Assembly (NCBI GenBank): GCA_964562525.1
Contig: CAZLTL010000008.1
Span: 27,710-91,709 of the forward strand
Reading direction: 5' to 3'
DNA: 64,000 nt
From: an uncultured bacterium
Lineage (GTDB): Bacteria; Omnitrophota; Omnitrophia; Omnitrophales; Aquincolibacteriaceae
Shown: in pieces, positions 61,653 through 64,000 of the stretch
Layout: each line of letters starts with the position of its first letter
Numbering within the stretch: the stretch's first letter is position 1
Position numbers and translations under genes: made by a program
Notes under the pieces: generated by a model
What the model was told of the DNA's origin: nothing
Databases searched by the model: none
What the model saw: the letters and a program-made list of their open reading frames with translations, nothing else

Positions 61653-63091
61653 ACGCATTAAACTTATCTTTATTTATTCCCGAGTTAATGACTTTGGTTT
61701 TCTTTGCCTATTTCATCTTGGAGTCCGTGCTTGCCGGAAAAAAAGACCGCCCTTCCATTTTCAACGAGATGGCTGTCGGCGCCTTGCTTTTGGGAGCGGC
61801 TTTATTTTTATTCGGAAACAAATTTGGCGCCGGATTCGGCGGTATGGCGGTTGCCGATGCTTTTGGTTTTTATTTTAAAGTCTTTTTTACGGCCGTCTTT
61901 TTTGTCGTCGCTTTCATAAGCCGTGAACAGCTTAAGAATACCGCCCAAGACAAGCAGGGATTTGGCTTAATTCTTTGGAGCTCATTGATCGGCCTCTATT
62001 TTCTGACTTCTGCTTCCCACCTACTGGTTTTATTCGTTGCGATTGAAATTTTAACCATGTCGCTTTACATTTTGGCAACCTACGGCAGACGCACTTTAGA
62101 AAATACCAGTAATGCAAAAGCAATCGAAGCGGGCCTCAAGTATCTTATTCTTGGCTCTGTGGCATCCGCGTTCATGATTTTTGGGATTGCTCTGCTTTAT
62201 TTTCAAACCGGCACGCTTTCTTTCGCGGGGCTTGCTTCAGCGCAAAACATTTTATGGTCAACGCCGATCGGCATCTTAGGCTTACTTTTATTTTTTGCCG
62301 GTATCGGTTTCAAAATCGCGGCAGCTCCTTTTCATTTTTGGGTTCCCGATGTTTATGAAGGCTCCCCCGCTCCGGTTTCAGCTTTCTTATCTGTCGCTTC
62401 TAAAGCGGCGGGTTTCCTCGTTTTGATTCGTTTTTTTCAGCTGAGCCTTTCACCCTTGCCTGCAAGTTGGCAAACCGCCTTCGCTGTTATTGCAGCGGTA
62501 ACACTGCTTTACGGAAGCTTGGGTGCTCTCGCTCAAACCAGCCTTAAAAGGCTTTTAGGGTATTCCAGCATCAGCCACGCAGGCTACCTGTTAATTGCCT
62601 TTACCGCAGGCACAGCACCGGCATCGCAAAGCATTCTGTACTATTTGGCGGGTTACGCGGCAAGTACCTTGGCGGCCTTTTATGCAATTACCCTGATTGA
62701 AAAGCAGCAGGGTTCGGATGCCTCAAAAAATCTAGACGGCCTCGCACAAACCTCGCCCTTTTTGGCAGGAGTCTTTGTGGTTTCGCTTTTTTCTTTGGCA
62801 GGCATTCCACCGTTGGCCGGGTTTATGGGGAAATTCTGGATTCTTTTCTCGGCATTACAGGCCGGACAAAATATGCTTGTGGGGCTAAGTCTGATCGCGA
62901 TCGTGCTGGGAATTTTTTACTATCTTTCGCTGGTGTCCAGAATCATTTTACGCGAACCGCAAAGTCCGGCAACTTTTGAAATCCCTGTTTCTGCAAAATG
63001 GCTTTTAGGAATACTCAGCTTGCTATCGATCGCGATCGGTCTTTTTCAAGCGCCGTTGATTCAAGCCGCTGTGATCGCAATTAAGAATTAA
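61649..63091 (+). CDS. nuoN: NADH-quinone oxidoreductase subunit N (antiporter-like)
   Basis: 480 aa. ATGA overlap with nuoM. Confidence 0.9.
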   Translation: MNALNLSLFIPELMTLVFFAYFILESVLAGKKDRPSIFNEMAVGALLLGAALFLFGNKFGAGFGGMAVADAFGFYFKVFFTAVFFVVAFISREQLKNTAQDKQGFGLILWSSLIGLYFLTSASHLLVLFVAIEILTMSLYILATYGRRTLENTSNAKAIEAGLKYLILGSVASAFMIFGIALLYFQTGTLSFAGLASAQNILWSTPIGILGLLLFFAGIGFKIAAAPFHFWVPDVYEGSPAPVSAFLSVASKAAGFLVLIRFFQLSLSPLPASWQTAFAVIAAVTLLYGSLGALAQTSLKRLLGYSSISHAGYLLIAFTAGTAPASQSILYYLAGYAASTLAAFYAITLIEKQQGSDASKNLDGLAQTSPFLAGVFVVSLFSLAGIPPLAGFMGKFWILFSALQAGQNMLVGLSLIAIVLGIFYYLSLVSRIILREPQSPATFEIPVSAKWLLGILSLLSIAIGLFQAPLIQAAVIAIKN

Positions 63092-63494
63092 CTATCTCGC
63101 TAACAACTTCCAATAATCTTTCCGCTGAAACATATCCCTGAATCTTGGATTTAATTTCCCCGTCTTTGCCGTAAAAAGCAAGCGTAGGCAAAGCCCAAAC
63201 CTCGAAAGCCTGGTTGCGTGCGATCGTTGTTTTATCTTCGCGGAAAGACATATCGGCTTTGAGGCGATTCCAGCTTGCAAGCGCGTTTACGACACGTTCA
63301 TCACGGAAAGTGGAAGAACGGAGCTGTTGGCAGGGCCGACACCAAGCCGCATAAAAATAAACCAAAGTTGGCTGGCCTGAATCTTGCGCTGTCTTTAAAA
63401 CTGTTTCATCAAATTTCTGCCACTCCACATTCGGCCTGGAATCGCAGCCCGAAAGAGCCAAGATAATGAGCATGACGCAGTAAAGCTTTTTCAA
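63081..63494 (-). CDS. Thioredoxin-fold lipoprotein (CxxC thiol:disulfide oxidoreductase-like)
   Basis: Lipobox LALSGC, WCRPC active-site motif. TTG start at 63494, alternative ATG at 63473. The 3' end overlaps the nuoN stop convergently. Confidence 0.7.
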   Translation of the reverse strand: MKKLYCVMLIILALSGCDSRPNVEWQKFDETVLKTAQDSGQPTLVYFYAAWCRPCQQLRSSTFRDERVVNALASWNRLKADMSFREDKTTIARNQAFEVWALPTLAFYGKDGEIKSKIQGYVSAERLLEVVSEIVNS

Positions 63495-63970
63495 GTTCTT
63501 GCCTTAAGCCTGTCTTTACTCCAAAACTCAACGTCCCGCAATATCCCGTTAGAATAGAGAATCCCGACCAAATCTTGCTGACTTTGCGGAAGCGCAAAAA
63601 CACGGTTGTTTTTAAACAGCAGAACCACGGTTTCTGAATATAAGAAATTTCCGACTGTATACTCCCAAACATCAAAAACATCCGCGCCGTTTTTCAGCGA
63701 TGAAACATAGTCAGGCTGACTGCCCATCAAATGAATAACTTGTTCCGGCGTATTCCCGATTTGAATACGATCCATTTTGTTATAAACATAAAGTCGGGTC
63801 CCCGCGTCGGGAATAGCGGTACATCCCGTCATAAAGACCAACAGCAGAACAGACGCCATCGCTCGAGACAAAAATTTTAAAATCATAATAATTGGGTTAC
63901 AAAAACCATCAGCCCGCCGACTAGTATTGAACTTCCCATAATCGCCGCCATCGCACCGCGATTTCCCCAA
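63491..63970 (-). CDS. Hypothetical lipoprotein, BamE/SmpA_OmlA-like
   Basis: Lipobox LLLVFMTGC. The ...RIQIGNTPEQVIHLMGSQPDYV... segment resembles the SmpA/OmlA fold. The N-terminus of the ORF-track call is probably over-extended. Confidence 0.4.
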   Translation of the reverse strand: MGKSRCDGGDYGKFNTSRRADGFCNPIIMILKFLSRAMASVLLLVFMTGCTAIPDAGTRLYVYNKMDRIQIGNTPEQVIHLMGSQPDYVSSLKNGADVFDVWEYTVGNFLYSETVVLLFKNNRVFALPQSQQDLVGILYSNGILRDVEFWSKDRLKART

Positions 63971-64000
63971 AGCGCCCGCCCAATCGGCATAAAATCAGGG

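Noticed and set aside
63971-64000. Possible start of another minus-strand gene at the window end
   Set aside because: Only 30 nt are available, so nothing can be assigned.

Overview
This 64 kb bacterial window is core housekeeping DNA, and I found no CRISPR array, IS element, integrase or defence gene in it.

Gene content, in order:
- 1-16.5 kb: a minus-strand block carrying tsaD (partial), gatCAB, purN, rsmI, a polyprenyl synthase, the conserved surA-pdxA-ksgA trio, an unusually short mfd and an aminotransferase. A convergent pair (TMTC-like TPR membrane glycosyltransferase and an S9 oligopeptidase-B-like peptidase) sits inside this block.
- 16.6-48.8 kb: one uninterrupted minus-strand translation/transcription super-operon. 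From 5' to 3' it reads tRNA-Thr, tuf, rpmG, tRNA-Trp, secE, nusG, rplKAJL, rpoBC, rpsLG, fusA, the S10, spc and alpha r-protein clusters, then infA, rpmJ, rpsMKD, rpoA and rplQ. rpmD (L30) is missing.
- 49.2-63.1 kb: gpmA, then a plus-strand F1Fo ATP synthase operon (atpI-like, B, E, F, H, A, G, D, C) running directly into nuoJKLMN. These are five complex-I membrane-arm genes only, with no nuoA-I in the window. Small lipoprotein genes follow.

The main unexplained structure is a family of about 21 short palindromic elements in the intergenic spacers of the super-operon. The consensus is CGGTTG, a variable 3-7 bp stem with a 3-4 nt loop, then CAGAGC(C)AAAAT. The flanks are invariant and the stems co-vary. 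Almost every copy sits 2-15 nt after a stop codon. One copy is nested, one is an inverted doublet that forms the rplQ terminator, and one is in reverse orientation. The family looks REP-like.

Smaller observations:
- A 638-aa Mfd that keeps only the RNA-polymerase-interacting domain and the translocase core.
- An 86-aa ATP synthase epsilon with no C-terminal helical domain.
- Lys/Ala-rich tails on several ribosomal proteins.
- An rplL-rpoB attenuator and three other intrinsic terminators.
- Three good sigma70-type promoters.

Coordinates of small elements were read by eye and may be off by about 3 nt. Some ORF-track starts are TTG or GTG; where an in-frame ATG with a Shine-Dalgarno sequence was visible I re-called the start.
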